Assembly (NCBI GenBank): GCA_022819855.1
Contig: JAJEGN010000005.1
Location: 69,724-133,723 of the forward strand
Direction of reading: 5' to 3'
DNA: 64,000 bases
Origin: Gammaproteobacteria bacterium
GTDB lineage: Bacteria > Pseudomonadota > Gammaproteobacteria > Steroidobacterales > Rariloculaceae
The translations under genes and the position numbers were made by a program. Under the pieces are notes generated by a model, which had not been told where the DNA came from, searched no databases, and saw only the letters and a list, made by a program, of their open reading frames with translations. Below are positions 48,663 through 58,259 of the stretch, piece after piece (position 1 is the first letter of the stretch; each line of letters begins with the position of its first letter).

Positions 48663-50357
48663 TTACTCCGACTCCGCGGCCTCCACCCCAAGACCGCCCG
48701 TAATCCCCTCGACCTGGTTGCCGACCTGAATGGAGCGCGTAATCGCGATCTCGTAAGGCGCGGACCCCTGCGGATCGACGTTGCCGCAGGAAAACGCGCG
48801 CAGCGTGCACTCCGATGTCGTATGGACGATACCGCGCTCGGCCATCATTCGCGTCATGAGTTCGGTCGCTTCGGCCATGTGCAGTATCGCGTTGTTCGGC
48901 CTGAACGAGCCCACGCCGATCGCGTAGTCGATCGGCATCAGCGGCTCGATGCTGCCGCCGAAGGTGCCGTCGTTCTTCTTGCCGAGGTCGTGCACCGCGA
49001 GATCGGCGCCCATATCGATCAGGTACTGGATCATCGAAACCTCGCCGAAGTTCGCGGCCATCATCAGCGGCGTGATGCCGTCGTTGCACGCCCAATTGAC
49101 GTCCGCGCCGTTATCGACGAGATAGCGCATCGTCTCGAGCCGTTCCCCGACCGATCGTCCCTGGCTGTAGCCGTCGATCCAGCCATAGCCGGAGGCGACG
49201 AGCAGCGGAGTCTCGTTGTCGCTGTTTCTGACGAGCGGGTCGGCGCCGCGCTCGTGGAGCAGCCGGACGAGCGTGATGTCGCCGGAATAGGCGGCGCGCA
49301 TGAGCGGTGTGGCGAACTTTACGCGCGGCGAGCCGCCGAAGTTCCTGCGCGACTCGGGGCGGTTGTCGATCCAGGCGTTGGCATTGGCGCCCGCGTCGAG
49401 CAGCTTCTGCACGAGCGGCAGCGGGTCTTCGGTCTGAGTCCACGGGAATCCCGGGTTCCATTCCATGTTGCGGCGGTCGACGGCCCAGAACAGCGGCGTG
49501 AAGCCTTCCGCGTCCGGATGATTGACGATTGCGCCGCGGTCGACCAGCAACGATGCGACGTCGTAATGGCCGTTGTAGATCGCGAGCCCGAGCGTGTTCT
49601 TGCCGTCGGCTGCGATCGCATCGACGTCGGCGCCCGCGTCGAGCAGCAGCCGCGCCGATTCGAGTTCACCCTCGCGCGCGGCGAACTGCAACGGCGTGAA
49701 GCCGCCGTTCGCATAGCTTTGCGGATACTCCTCGGGGTCGTAGTCGACCGGGGCGGTTCCCTCGACTCCGCGGGCGCCCCCGCGCGGTGCGACGACCTTC
49801 GATACGACATCGACCGGCGCTCCGGCCGCGAGCAAACGGTCGACGACGGCCGTGTGGCCTTCGTTGATGGCCCACACGAGCGCCGACGTGCCGCCCCAGC
49901 TTTCGATGGCCGCGACGTCGGCGCCGCGCTCGAGCAATACGTCGACTGCGCCCGGAAGGCCCGTGCGCGCGGCGAGCATGAGCGCCGTATCGCCATCGGG
50001 AGTGAGGGGAGCGTTCGGGTCGGCGCCGGCGTCGATCAGCAAACGAATCGCTGCGGCGCTGCCGTTGATCGCCGCGAGCCTCAGCGGCGTCGTGCCGGTC
50101 CGGTTTTCGATGGTCGGGTCGGCGCCGGCCTCGAGCAGCGCAAGCGCGAGCCCGGTATCGTCGTTCTGAACGGCCCAATGAAGCGCGGTGGAGCCGTCGA
50201 CCTGCTGTTCGTCGACGTCGACGCCGCGTGCGAGCGCGGCCTGGACGGCCTCGCCATCGCCGCGCATCGCGGCGTCAGCTATTTCACTGGCCCGCACTTC
50301 GGCCGCCGCGACGGAAAGCAGCGCCAGGCCAGTGATTCCGATGATGATCGAACGCAT
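48663..50357 (-). CDS. Secreted ankyrin-repeat protein (at least 10 ANK repeats)
   Basis: Signal peptide MRSIIIGITGLALLSVAAAEV. Repeated G-(T/F)-(T/S)-(P/A)-L-x-x-A-x-x-x-G units (DGSTALHWAV, TGTTPLRLAA, GFTPLQFAA, DGITPLMMAA ...). Confidence 0.85.
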   Translation of the reverse strand: MRSIIIGITGLALLSVAAAEVRASEIADAAMRGDGEAVQAALARGVDVDEQQVDGSTALHWAVQNDDTGLALALLEAGADPTIENRTGTTPLRLAAINGSAAAIRLLIDAGADPNAPLTPDGDTALMLAARTGLPGAVDVLLERGADVAAIESWGGTSALVWAINEGHTAVVDRLLAAGAPVDVVSKVVAPRGGARGVEGTAPVDYDPEEYPQSYANGGFTPLQFAAREGELESARLLLDAGADVDAIAADGKNTLGLAIYNGHYDVASLLVDRGAIVNHPDAEGFTPLFWAVDRRNMEWNPGFPWTQTEDPLPLVQKLLDAGANANAWIDNRPESRRNFGGSPRVKFATPLMRAAYSGDITLVRLLHERGADPLVRNSDNETPLLVASGYGWIDGYSQGRSVGERLETMRYLVDNGADVNWACNDGITPLMMAANFGEVSMIQYLIDMGADLAVHDLGKKNDGTFGGSIEPLMPIDYAIGVGSFRPNNAILHMAEATELMTRMMAERGIVHTTSECTLRAFSCGNVDPQGSAPYEIAITRSIQVGNQVEGITGGLGVEAAESE

Positions 50358-50580
50358 CGCCTAATCCCGATTCCGGACCAGCGATCCTCATTATGCACGC
50401 CAGCCCGCTCTGCGCTACGAGTCGGGCTCCTGATGTGCCCCGAATCGATTTCGAAGGGCAAGGCGTCATGTGCCTGGCAGTGGAGTCAGGCGCCAGGATG
50501 AAAACTCCTGATCCCGAATCGGCTGCGTTGAAACGATGGGTCCCGGACGGGCATAGTACGAACGAGAGAGGAGCTGATCG

Positions 50581-52995
50581 ATGCAACAGGCGTCAGGCGG
50601 CAAGAGAGTTCTGATCGCGGCCGTGGCCATAGCGGTGGTCGCGGCGTGGATCGGTTCGTATATCTTCTTCGGCAATTCCTCCGGGCCGCGCCCGGACGGC
50701 GCGATGTCGGCCGATGCCGCGGCCGGCCTCGTCGGCGAATTCTGCGTCGATTGCCACGATGACATCACGCAAACGGCCAACCTGACGCTCGAGCGCCCGG
50801 ACTACGCGGACATCGCCCACGACGCCGAGATGTGGGAGGCCGTGATCCGCAAGCTTCGCGCCGGCATGATGCCGCCGCCCGGCAACCCGCGGCCGGCCGA
50901 CGCCGACTACGCGGCGTTGCGCGACTGGCTCGAGCAGGAGATCGACTCGGCGGCTGCGTCGACGCCGGGAACGAAAGTCCTGCATCGACTGAACCGGACC
51001 GAGTACGCGAACGCGATCCGGGATCTGCTCGATCTCGAGATCGACCCGACCCTGTATCTGCCTCCGGACGACTCCAGCCGCGGCTTCGACAATATCGCGG
51101 GCTCGCTGACGATCTCGCCGACCCTGCTCGAGACTTACGTGACGGCCGCGACGAAGATCGCGCGCATGGCCGTCGGCTTCTGGAATACGCCGACCGAGCG
51201 GCTTTACATCAACAGGACCGACAGCTCCCAGGTCTACGAGCTCGAAGGCATGCCGTTCGGCACGCGCGGGGGCATGGTCGTGCAGCACGTGTTTCCCGGC
51301 GACGGCGACTACACGTTCACGATCCGCAACCTCGGCGTCGGCATCTACATTCCGAACGAGACCCTTGAGCTCAGCATCGACGGCGAGCGCGTGCACGAGT
51401 GGACCTATACCGAGATGGGCATGAGCGCGGGCATGGATTCGGCACGCGACGGCGAGCTCGTCGTCACGCTGCCGGTCGGCGCGGGCTCCAGAACCGTCGG
51501 CGCGACGTTTGTCGCGACGAATTATCGGCCGAGCCTGGACACTGCCCAGCACTTCGCGCGCAAGTCGCTCGAGAACGGCCGCGTGGCCGAACTCTCGAAC
51601 TACCCGGTGATCGGCGCGATGAACATCCAGGGTCCGTTCGATGCGACGCGACCGACCGACAGCGCGAGCCGCCAGAAGATCTTCACCTGTCGCCCGGCCA
51701 CCGAGGCGGAGGAAGAAGCGTGCGCGACCGACATCATCTCGACGCTGACGCGCCGGGCGTTCCGGCGCCCGGTCCGGCCCGGCGATCTCGAGCTCTTCAT
51801 GGGCTTCTATCACGACGGCCGCGAACTCGGTTCGTTCGACGACGGCATCGAGCTTGCGTTGCGGCGCCTGCTTGCGAGCCCGCAGTTCCTCGTGCGCGTC
51901 GAGGAGGAACCGGAAGAGTTCGCCCCCGGCGAGATCTACCGGATCAACGACCTCGAGCTTGCATCGCGGCTCTCGTTCTTTCTCTGGAGCAGTCTGCCTG
52001 ACGACGAGCTGGTCGAGATCGCGGCTGACGGCCGCCTGAGCGACCCGGCGGTTCTGGAGCAGCAAGTGCTGAGGATGCTCGCCGATCCGCGGTCCGCGAG
52101 CCTCATCGAGAACTTCGCGCAGCAGTGGCTGTATCTGCGCAATCTCGACACGACGGCGCCCGCGCAGACCGTATTTCCCGACTGGGACGACGAGCTCCGG
52201 GTGAGCTTCCGCCGCGAGACCGAACTTCTCTTCGAGCACATCATGCGCGAGGACCGCGACGTGCTGGAGATCCTCACTGCCGACTACACGTTCGTCAACG
52301 AGCGCCTCGCCCGGCACTACGGCATCCCGAACATCTACGGGTCGCGCTTCCGACGTGTCGAGCTTGGGCCGGAGATGGACTATCGCCGCGGCATCCTGGG
52401 TCACGGCAGCTTTCTTTCGACGACCTGGGTGCAGAACAATCGTACCTCGCCGGTCAAGCGCGGCGTGTGGGTGCTCGAGAACATTCTCGGCACGCCGCCG
52501 CCGGAACCCCCGCCGGACGTGCCGGCCCTCGAGGAAACCTCGGCCGAAGGTTCGGGTCGAAGGCTCACGCTCCGCGAGCAGATGACGTTGCACCAGGTGC
52601 AGGAGCCGTGCGCGAGCTGTCACCGGATCATGGACAGCATCGGTTTCGCGCTCGAAAACTTCGCAGGCGACGGCCAGTGGCGCGAGCTGGACGGCGGCGC
52701 CGGCGGCACGCCGGTCGACGCGGCCGTCGAGATCTACGACGGTACGCTCGTCGACGGTCCCGTCGAGCTCCGCGCGGCGCTGCTGGAGTACTCGCCGCAG
52801 TTCATGCGGATGCTGACCGAAAAAATGATGACTTATGCGCTCGGGCGCGGCGTCGAATATTTCGATATGCCGGCAATTCGTGCGATAGTGGGGGATGCCG
52901 AGCAGAACGGGAACCGGTTTTCCCGTATCGTGCTCGGGATCGTGAGCAGTGACGCGTTTCAGATGAGAACGAAGGCAGTTCCGGACGAAGCGTGA
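50581..52995 (+). CDS. DUF1587/DUF1592/DUF1595/DUF1588/DUF1585 multi-domain protein with N-terminal CxxCH
   Basis: CVDCHD haem-like motif, LHRLNRTEYANAIRDLL, FLWSSLPDDEL, and CASCHRIMDSIGFALENFAGDGQWRE. Confidence 0.75.
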   Translation: MQQASGGKRVLIAAVAIAVVAAWIGSYIFFGNSSGPRPDGAMSADAAAGLVGEFCVDCHDDITQTANLTLERPDYADIAHDAEMWEAVIRKLRAGMMPPPGNPRPADADYAALRDWLEQEIDSAAASTPGTKVLHRLNRTEYANAIRDLLDLEIDPTLYLPPDDSSRGFDNIAGSLTISPTLLETYVTAATKIARMAVGFWNTPTERLYINRTDSSQVYELEGMPFGTRGGMVVQHVFPGDGDYTFTIRNLGVGIYIPNETLELSIDGERVHEWTYTEMGMSAGMDSARDGELVVTLPVGAGSRTVGATFVATNYRPSLDTAQHFARKSLENGRVAELSNYPVIGAMNIQGPFDATRPTDSASRQKIFTCRPATEAEEEACATDIISTLTRRAFRRPVRPGDLELFMGFYHDGRELGSFDDGIELALRRLLASPQFLVRVEEEPEEFAPGEIYRINDLELASRLSFFLWSSLPDDELVEIAADGRLSDPAVLEQQVLRMLADPRSASLIENFAQQWLYLRNLDTTAPAQTVFPDWDDELRVSFRRETELLFEHIMREDRDVLEILTADYTFVNERLARHYGIPNIYGSRFRRVELGPEMDYRRGILGHGSFLSTTWVQNNRTSPVKRGVWVLENILGTPPPEPPPDVPALEETSAEGSGRRLTLREQMTLHQVQEPCASCHRIMDSIGFALENFAGDGQWRELDGGAGGTPVDAAVEIYDGTLVDGPVELRAALLEYSPQFMRMLTEKMMTYALGRGVEYFDMPAIRAIVGDAEQNGNRFSRIVLGIVSSDAFQMRTKAVPDEA

Positions 52996-53065
52996 GTTTG
53001 ATTGCCGAAACCCATCGCGCTGGCGATGCCGACAGCCTCGCCACGGCCCGGGTCAAGGAGCAAGC

Positions 53066-54406
53066 GTGATGTTCATAACGAAAAAACACCTGCCGAGACG
53101 AACGTTCCTGCGCGGCGCCGGCGCGACAGTCGCGCTCCCGCTGCTCGACGCGATGATCCCGGCCGCAACGGCGCTCGCACAGACGGCGGCTGCGCCGGTC
53201 CGGCGATTCCTCGGCGTCTGGCATCCGCATGGTGCGTCGCCCGGTTACTGGAGCCCGCTGCAGGAAGGCAGGGACTTCGAGTTCTCGTTCATCACCGAGC
53301 CGCTCGAGGCCGTGCGCGATCACACCGTACTGATCAGTGGCCTCGACTGCACCGCAGCTTACTCGACGCCCGAAGAGCCGGGCGGCAATCATGCCCGGGG
53401 CGCCGTTTTCCTGTCCGGTGTACGGCCGCGGCGCGATGCCGTGAGCCCGTACCTCGGCGTCACGATCGACCAGTTGATTGCCGAGAAATACGGCCGCGAT
53501 ACGCTGCTCTCGTCGATCCAGCTCGGCATCGAGGATGCGAGCCACAACTCCGGCAACTGCAACTGGGGCTATAGCTGCGCTTACACGAACTCCGTGTCAT
53601 GGCCCGATCCGGAGACACCGCTGCCGACTGAGATCAATCCGCGCATCGCATTCGAACGGATGTTCGGCGACGGGTCGACGCCGGAGGAGCGGCGCCTCGG
53701 CCGCCTGCAGAGCGCGAGCGTGCTCGACTCGGTCACACACGAGATTCCCGGATTGAAGAACGGCCTCGCGATCGGCGACCAGGCGCGGCTCGACGACTAC
53801 CTGGACAAGGTCCGCGAGATCGAGCGCCGCATTCGCAACGCCGTCGACAGCCCGGCCGCCGAGGTCACGACCGACGTGCCTTTCGGCATTCCCGAGAGCA
53901 AGGGCGCCCACTACAAGCTCATGTACGACCTGATCGCGCTGGCGTTTCAGGCCGACATCACCCGCTCGGCGACGCTCATGCTCGGGCGCGACCTGTCGGG
54001 CACGAGCATTCCGGAGTCAGGCTACGAAGGCGGCTGGCACGGCCTCTCGCATCATGGCGACATTCCGGCCAACAAGGCCGGCTACGCGAAGGTGAACCGC
54101 TATCACGTCGCATATCTCGCCGATTTCTGCGAACAGTTGCGCGACACCGAGGACGGGGACGGCAACCTGCTCGACCATTCTCTCGTCTACAAGTCGAGCA
54201 ACATGGGCAACTCGCACCGGCATGCGCACGAGAAGGTGCCGACGATTCTGGTCGGCGGTATCGACGGCACGTTCGAGGGCAACCGGCATCTCGTGTATCG
54301 CGACAATACCGAGCGTTGCGCGAATCTGCTGCTCGCGATCCTGCATCTGTACGGTATCGAGCAAAACTCGATCGGCGAGAGCACGCATCCGCTCGAGATG
54401 GTCTGA
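53066..54406 (+). CDS. DUF1552 protein with Tat-like signal
   Basis: RRTFLRGAGATVALPLLDAM N-terminus; usual partner of the DUF1592-type gene upstream. Confidence 0.75.
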   Translation: MMFITKKHLPRRTFLRGAGATVALPLLDAMIPAATALAQTAAAPVRRFLGVWHPHGASPGYWSPLQEGRDFEFSFITEPLEAVRDHTVLISGLDCTAAYSTPEEPGGNHARGAVFLSGVRPRRDAVSPYLGVTIDQLIAEKYGRDTLLSSIQLGIEDASHNSGNCNWGYSCAYTNSVSWPDPETPLPTEINPRIAFERMFGDGSTPEERRLGRLQSASVLDSVTHEIPGLKNGLAIGDQARLDDYLDKVREIERRIRNAVDSPAAEVTTDVPFGIPESKGAHYKLMYDLIALAFQADITRSATLMLGRDLSGTSIPESGYEGGWHGLSHHGDIPANKAGYAKVNRYHVAYLADFCEQLRDTEDGDGNLLDHSLVYKSSNMGNSHRHAHEKVPTILVGGIDGTFEGNRHLVYRDNTERCANLLLAILHLYGIEQNSIGESTHPLEMV

Positions 54407-54458
54407 GTCCGTCGCGTTGGTGGGAGCGATTCGCTCGGCAGCGAGTTCCGCCCTGCGA

Positions 54459-55136
54459 ATGATTTCCGATCACTTACATCCGACGCCCTGCGGCAGTTCT
54501 GCGGCCGCGCGAGCAATGTCGACCGCGCCGGCCAGACTGTCCGCGCGCCGGCCAACGCTCCGCGGCAGTTCCGCTGCCGCTCGTGCCTTGCTGCTCGTCG
54601 TGCTCGGCATCGTGTCGATCGATGCCGCGCAGGCGCAGTTCGAGAACAACCGCAGGCCGCCCCGGCCGGATGTCACCTTGCCCGACGGCCCTGCCCGGCA
54701 GGTGATTCTGCGCAACTGCACGAAATGCCACGGAATCGACGAGTACGGCTACTACGCGCTCGACCGCGCCCGCTGGGACGCCGTGATCGAACGGATGAAG
54801 ACCGCAAAGAGCGGCCTTGCCGAAGGCACCGATATCTCCGACGCCGACAAGGAAATCCTGCTGGACTGGCTCGTCGCCGAGTACGGGCCGGATTCGGAGC
54901 CGCTCGCCCGTCAGTACGTGATCCGGCCGCTCGAGGACTTCGAGCTGCTCGACGATGCTGGGGCGACCGAATTGATCCAGACCGGATGCAGCGAATGTCA
55001 CGGCGTCGACACCGTGCTCGACGCGAACCTCACGGTGGAAGAGTGGCGGCTTCGGCTGATGCTCGAACTCAGCCGCGGCGGCGGCGTCCTGATCGCCGAC
55101 GCTGAGCCCCTCGTGCAGTGGCTGATCGGCCGCTAG
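54459..55136 (+). CDS. Small dihaem c-type cytochrome; start uncertain (54459 or 54516)
   Basis: Two CxxCH motifs (CTKCHG, CSECHG) after a signal-like LLLVVLGIVSIDAAQAQ. The listed start 54222 overlaps the DUF1552 gene and is not used. Confidence 0.6.
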   Translation: MISDHLHPTPCGSSAAARAMSTAPARLSARRPTLRGSSAAARALLLVVLGIVSIDAAQAQFENNRRPPRPDVTLPDGPARQVILRNCTKCHGIDEYGYYALDRARWDAVIERMKTAKSGLAEGTDISDADKEILLDWLVAEYGPDSEPLARQYVIRPLEDFELLDDAGATELIQTGCSECHGVDTVLDANLTVEEWRLRLMLELSRGGGVLIADAEPLVQWLIGR

Positions 55137-55966
55137 TTTGGCGGTAGTTTAGCCCGCAATTCGCTGGCTCAAATCGCCAACAATCGGACTCCTCACATAA
55201 GTCATTGAACTTATTTCGGTTATCGCCATTTGCAAGCTCGCCAGAATAACTGCGACCGACTTCAAGTAAGCATACCGTAAGCGACTTTCACCAAAAAACC
55301 AGCGCCTTCGTGCGCAGACTTGTCGGTAATTCTACCGACCAAGTTTTACGCTGTCGCTTCATGACAAACGGCCATTCCGCGCAACTTATGCGCGGCCAAA
55401 CATCCGTACGACCGGTCCCGCGCATGCCCACGATCAGCTATAGCTCGATTGCTTGCCGCCTTCGATCAGCCCGCACGCGTCTTACCTCTGAGACGAACTC
55501 TGCGCGATCCCTACAGTTCAGACAACAGCGCCTCGAGCCGCGCGGCGCACGCGGGCGACCGCCAAGTCGGGATCGGTTAGCGGACTGTGCCAGTCATCGA
55601 CAGCACTGCATCGTACCCATCGTCGCTCAGGGACCAAGGCGCTCTTGGCTGAACGCTAGAATGTCGCCTGATAGGTAACATCTAGCACTCTTCCCATAGC
55701 ACCACAAATCAAGTCCAGTTTGACGCGCTTGGAACTGAGAGCGAGCCTCGAAACTCTGGTACATTTGCTCCCAAGTGGGCGTGAAACTTTGCCTTGGCAT
55801 CCGCTCCGCGCACGACCGTCCGGCGAGCGGACAACAACGTTGATGATGGACCTGAACAAAGGTTACTGATGTTACTGCGCTACGAATCGACGGTCTCGTG
55901 GAGGAACCCCTGCCGTACCGGGGTTGCCACGAGCAATGAAATGCACAACGAACCGGCGTAGGGAAA

Positions 55967-57058
55967 ATGGCTGCATTCGATCTTCCCTCAAAACTCTCGA
56001 CATACCGGCTTCGCCTGTACCATCATTATTCACGTTCGGGTGAACGACTGCTGCGTGACGTTATCCGAAGATCATATGTTCATGTAGTCGAAGGGACCGT
56101 TTCCGACCGATGGAACGGCGGTACCTACGGCCACGACGCGCATTTCTACTTGCCAATTGAAGAACTGACCAAAGTCAATATCGACGATATCGAAGTTTTC
56201 ACAGAGCGAATCTGTGAAGATCTGAACAAAGTCTGTGATCGTGGCAAGCACGAGTTTTTCTCCACTGTTCACCTGCAGCTTTACGACGAGACCGACGAGC
56301 ACTGCCGCCGCGCCAAACCATTCCGTGGCAGCCCGGATCGCGATCCCGATACATTGTCTATCTGGAAGCGCGGGATGGTTCGCCTGTTCATCAGCCACCG
56401 CGACGAGCATAAGGCCAAGGCGAATGAACTGGCGCAAGCCCTGGAACCCTATGGCATATCGTCCTTCGTTGCACACGATTCGATCGAACCGATGACCCGT
56501 TGGCAGACCGAGATTCTTAACGGCCTGGAAACAATGGAAGCCATGCTGGCCTTTATCACCGATGATTTTCGCGAAAGCGTCTGGGCAAACCAGGAAATCG
56601 GTTTCGCCCTGGGCAGGGGAATTCCGATTGTTTCGCTGAAAATCCAGAAGTCAGACCCACACGGATTCATCGGCAGCCAACAGGCTCTCAAGTGCCATGT
56701 CGACGACATTGACACCGCGGCTCCCAAAATCTACGGGCTTATCGCGGAGAAGCTTGACAACGCCGAAAGATTGCAGCAGTCGCTCATACGCTCATTTGTG
56801 GCTTCGCCAAACTTCATTGAATCAATGGCCAGATTCGACCGAATGAACGCTGTCGTGTCCAACCTATCCGACCCCGAAGTTCAGCAAATCGTGAACGGTT
56901 ATCGGGATAACGACCAGCTTCATAACGCAGCCTATTTCAGGAGCCGTAATGGAAGGCTGTGCATGTTTCTGAATCGCGTAACCGGAAAGACATTCATCGT
57001 CGAGCGAAAAAATCTCGTTACTGTCGGCGACTCCGAAGAACTTGATGTTCCGTTCTGA
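55967..57058 (+). CDS. TIR-domain protein with unknown N- and C-terminal domains
   Basis: Residues ~137-245: VRLFISHRDEHKAKANELAQAL..SFVAHDSIEPMTRWQTEI..AMLAFITDDFRESVWANQEIGFA. This is a bacterial TIR pattern, with candidate catalytic Glu210 at nt 56594-56596. Low-GC island. Confidence 0.75.
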   Translation: MAAFDLPSKLSTYRLRLYHHYSRSGERLLRDVIRRSYVHVVEGTVSDRWNGGTYGHDAHFYLPIEELTKVNIDDIEVFTERICEDLNKVCDRGKHEFFSTVHLQLYDETDEHCRRAKPFRGSPDRDPDTLSIWKRGMVRLFISHRDEHKAKANELAQALEPYGISSFVAHDSIEPMTRWQTEILNGLETMEAMLAFITDDFRESVWANQEIGFALGRGIPIVSLKIQKSDPHGFIGSQQALKCHVDDIDTAAPKIYGLIAEKLDNAERLQQSLIRSFVASPNFIESMARFDRMNAVVSNLSDPEVQQIVNGYRDNDQLHNAAYFRSRNGRLCMFLNRVTGKTFIVERKNLVTVGDSEELDVPF

Positions 57059-57202
57059 CAATGTATTTCATAAAGGCCCAGAGGGCGCGCTCTCAAGAGC
57101 ATCAGCGAATCGTGGTCGATCGCGTCGTTGAGAGCGTCGCAAGAAAGCAAGTCAAAGCGGATTTAGGCACGCATTCAACTGTTGTTTGCAGTATCCCGTG
57201 GC

Positions 57203-58066
57203 ATGAACACGAACTCATCAGGAAGACGATTTGGCAGGACGACGCTCGTTGCGGCAGCGGAATTCCTCGAAGGCCATGTGCAGGCCGGATTCAACCAGAT
57301 GGCCGTCCGATTGGAACTGGAACGCGAAATACCGGAGGACACGGGTATGAGCGTGCAAAAGAAGTGCGCTCGGCTCGCGCGGATCGTCGCGAACGACCCG
57401 GATAGGGAAATCGACACGCTTGAAGGACGAAAGACATTGGCCGAGGCTGTCATTCTTGAGGCATTGGCACTGGCCGAATACGAGTCCGGCAATCGGGCAC
57501 AGATGGTACTCGAGCAGTCCCTAGCACGAGATGGCTACGCACTTCACTGGGAAGAGGGTGAGGAGTTCGCACGTTCTTGGTCCGGACGCGGCGGCGCGGC
57601 GCTAATTTCTGCGCTGCCACAGGAGTTAGCGGCTGACGAGCCCAATGATGAAGTTCGCCAGATCTTGCAGGAAAAAGGATTCGAGAGGACTCTGGGGCAC
57701 CTGAACCAGGCAGTGAGTGGTCACGGACGCGGCGATTGGGCAGCGGCGAACAGCCAGGTCCGCACGTTCGTGGAGAGCCTGGTGGAGGAGATAGCAATTG
57801 ACGTGGGTGTCACGAACGCGCATGAGTTGACCGCGGAAAACCGTCTTCGTGCACTACACAACCTTGGATTTCTCTCCAGTGAGCGCAATGAATGGTTGGG
57901 AGACGGCAAGGGTTTCATCAACGGGCTGATTAAGATGCTGCATACGGAAGGATCGCATCCTGGGTTGTCGGATGCAGATCACAGCACCTTCAGGTTACAT
58001 GTAGTATTGGTGACGGCTAGATTGTTGCTGCGCCGGTTGCGAGAGTTTCGCAATGACGATCGGTGA
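57203..58066 (+). CDS. All-helical protein with Abi_C/HEPN-like C-terminus; tentative
   Basis: ATG 57203 in ORF 57182..58066. The C-terminal INGLIKMLHTEGSHPGLSDADHSTFRLHVVLVTARLLL follows the Abi_C pattern (..lRN..g.aHG...), but with H in place of R. A separate R-x4-H occurs in NRLRALHNLG. Confidence 0.45.
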   Translation: MNTNSSGRRFGRTTLVAAAEFLEGHVQAGFNQMAVRLELEREIPEDTGMSVQKKCARLARIVANDPDREIDTLEGRKTLAEAVILEALALAEYESGNRAQMVLEQSLARDGYALHWEEGEEFARSWSGRGGAALISALPQELAADEPNDEVRQILQEKGFERTLGHLNQAVSGHGRGDWAAANSQVRTFVESLVEEIAIDVGVTNAHELTAENRLRALHNLGFLSSERNEWLGDGKGFINGLIKMLHTEGSHPGLSDADHSTFRLHVVLVTARLLLRRLREFRNDDR

Positions 58067-58259
58067 CGAACGCCGCACGACCGCTGTGAGCGCAGAGGCT
58101 GTAAAATGTAATCTGGATATACGCTCTGGGAGTGACTTGGCCGGCTCTGCCTAGGGCATCCGAACCTGACCGACGGTAGAATGCGACCGTTTTTTATGTG
58201 CCGATGTTGATTCCGCTTAGAAAATCGAGGAGCGAAACTTGGTAAATGCAGGAGCTCAT

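Noticed and set aside
54222-54458. Upstream extension of the dihaem cytochrome ORF.
   Set aside because: It overlaps the 3' end of the DUF1552 gene in another frame and encodes Arg/Cys/Ser-rich sequence. The signal peptide and haem motifs follow the later starts.
55200-55660. Possible degraded tyrosine integrase on the minus strand (a frame reading ..VGMRGTGRTDVWPRIS..).
   Set aside because: The resemblance to the HGxR box is only superficial. The frames are broken by stops, and no R..HxxR..Y pattern can be assembled.
55967-57058. Calling the TIR gene Thoeris ThsB.
   Set aside because: No ThsA-type (SIR2 or Macro/SLOG) gene is adjacent. The neighbour is an Abi_C-like helical protein, and the TIR protein has extra unknown domains.
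57061-57405. 114-aa ORF between the TIR and Abi_C-like genes.
   Set aside because: It overlaps the better-supported 57203..58066 frame, and its distal two-thirds is Arg/Gly-rich noise. A short upstream peptide cannot be excluded, but it has no support.
58173-58195. ACGGT-loop-ACCGT followed by TTTTT as the terminator of the Abi_C-like gene.
   Set aside because: The stem is only 5 bp. It is plausible but not strong enough to report as a feature.
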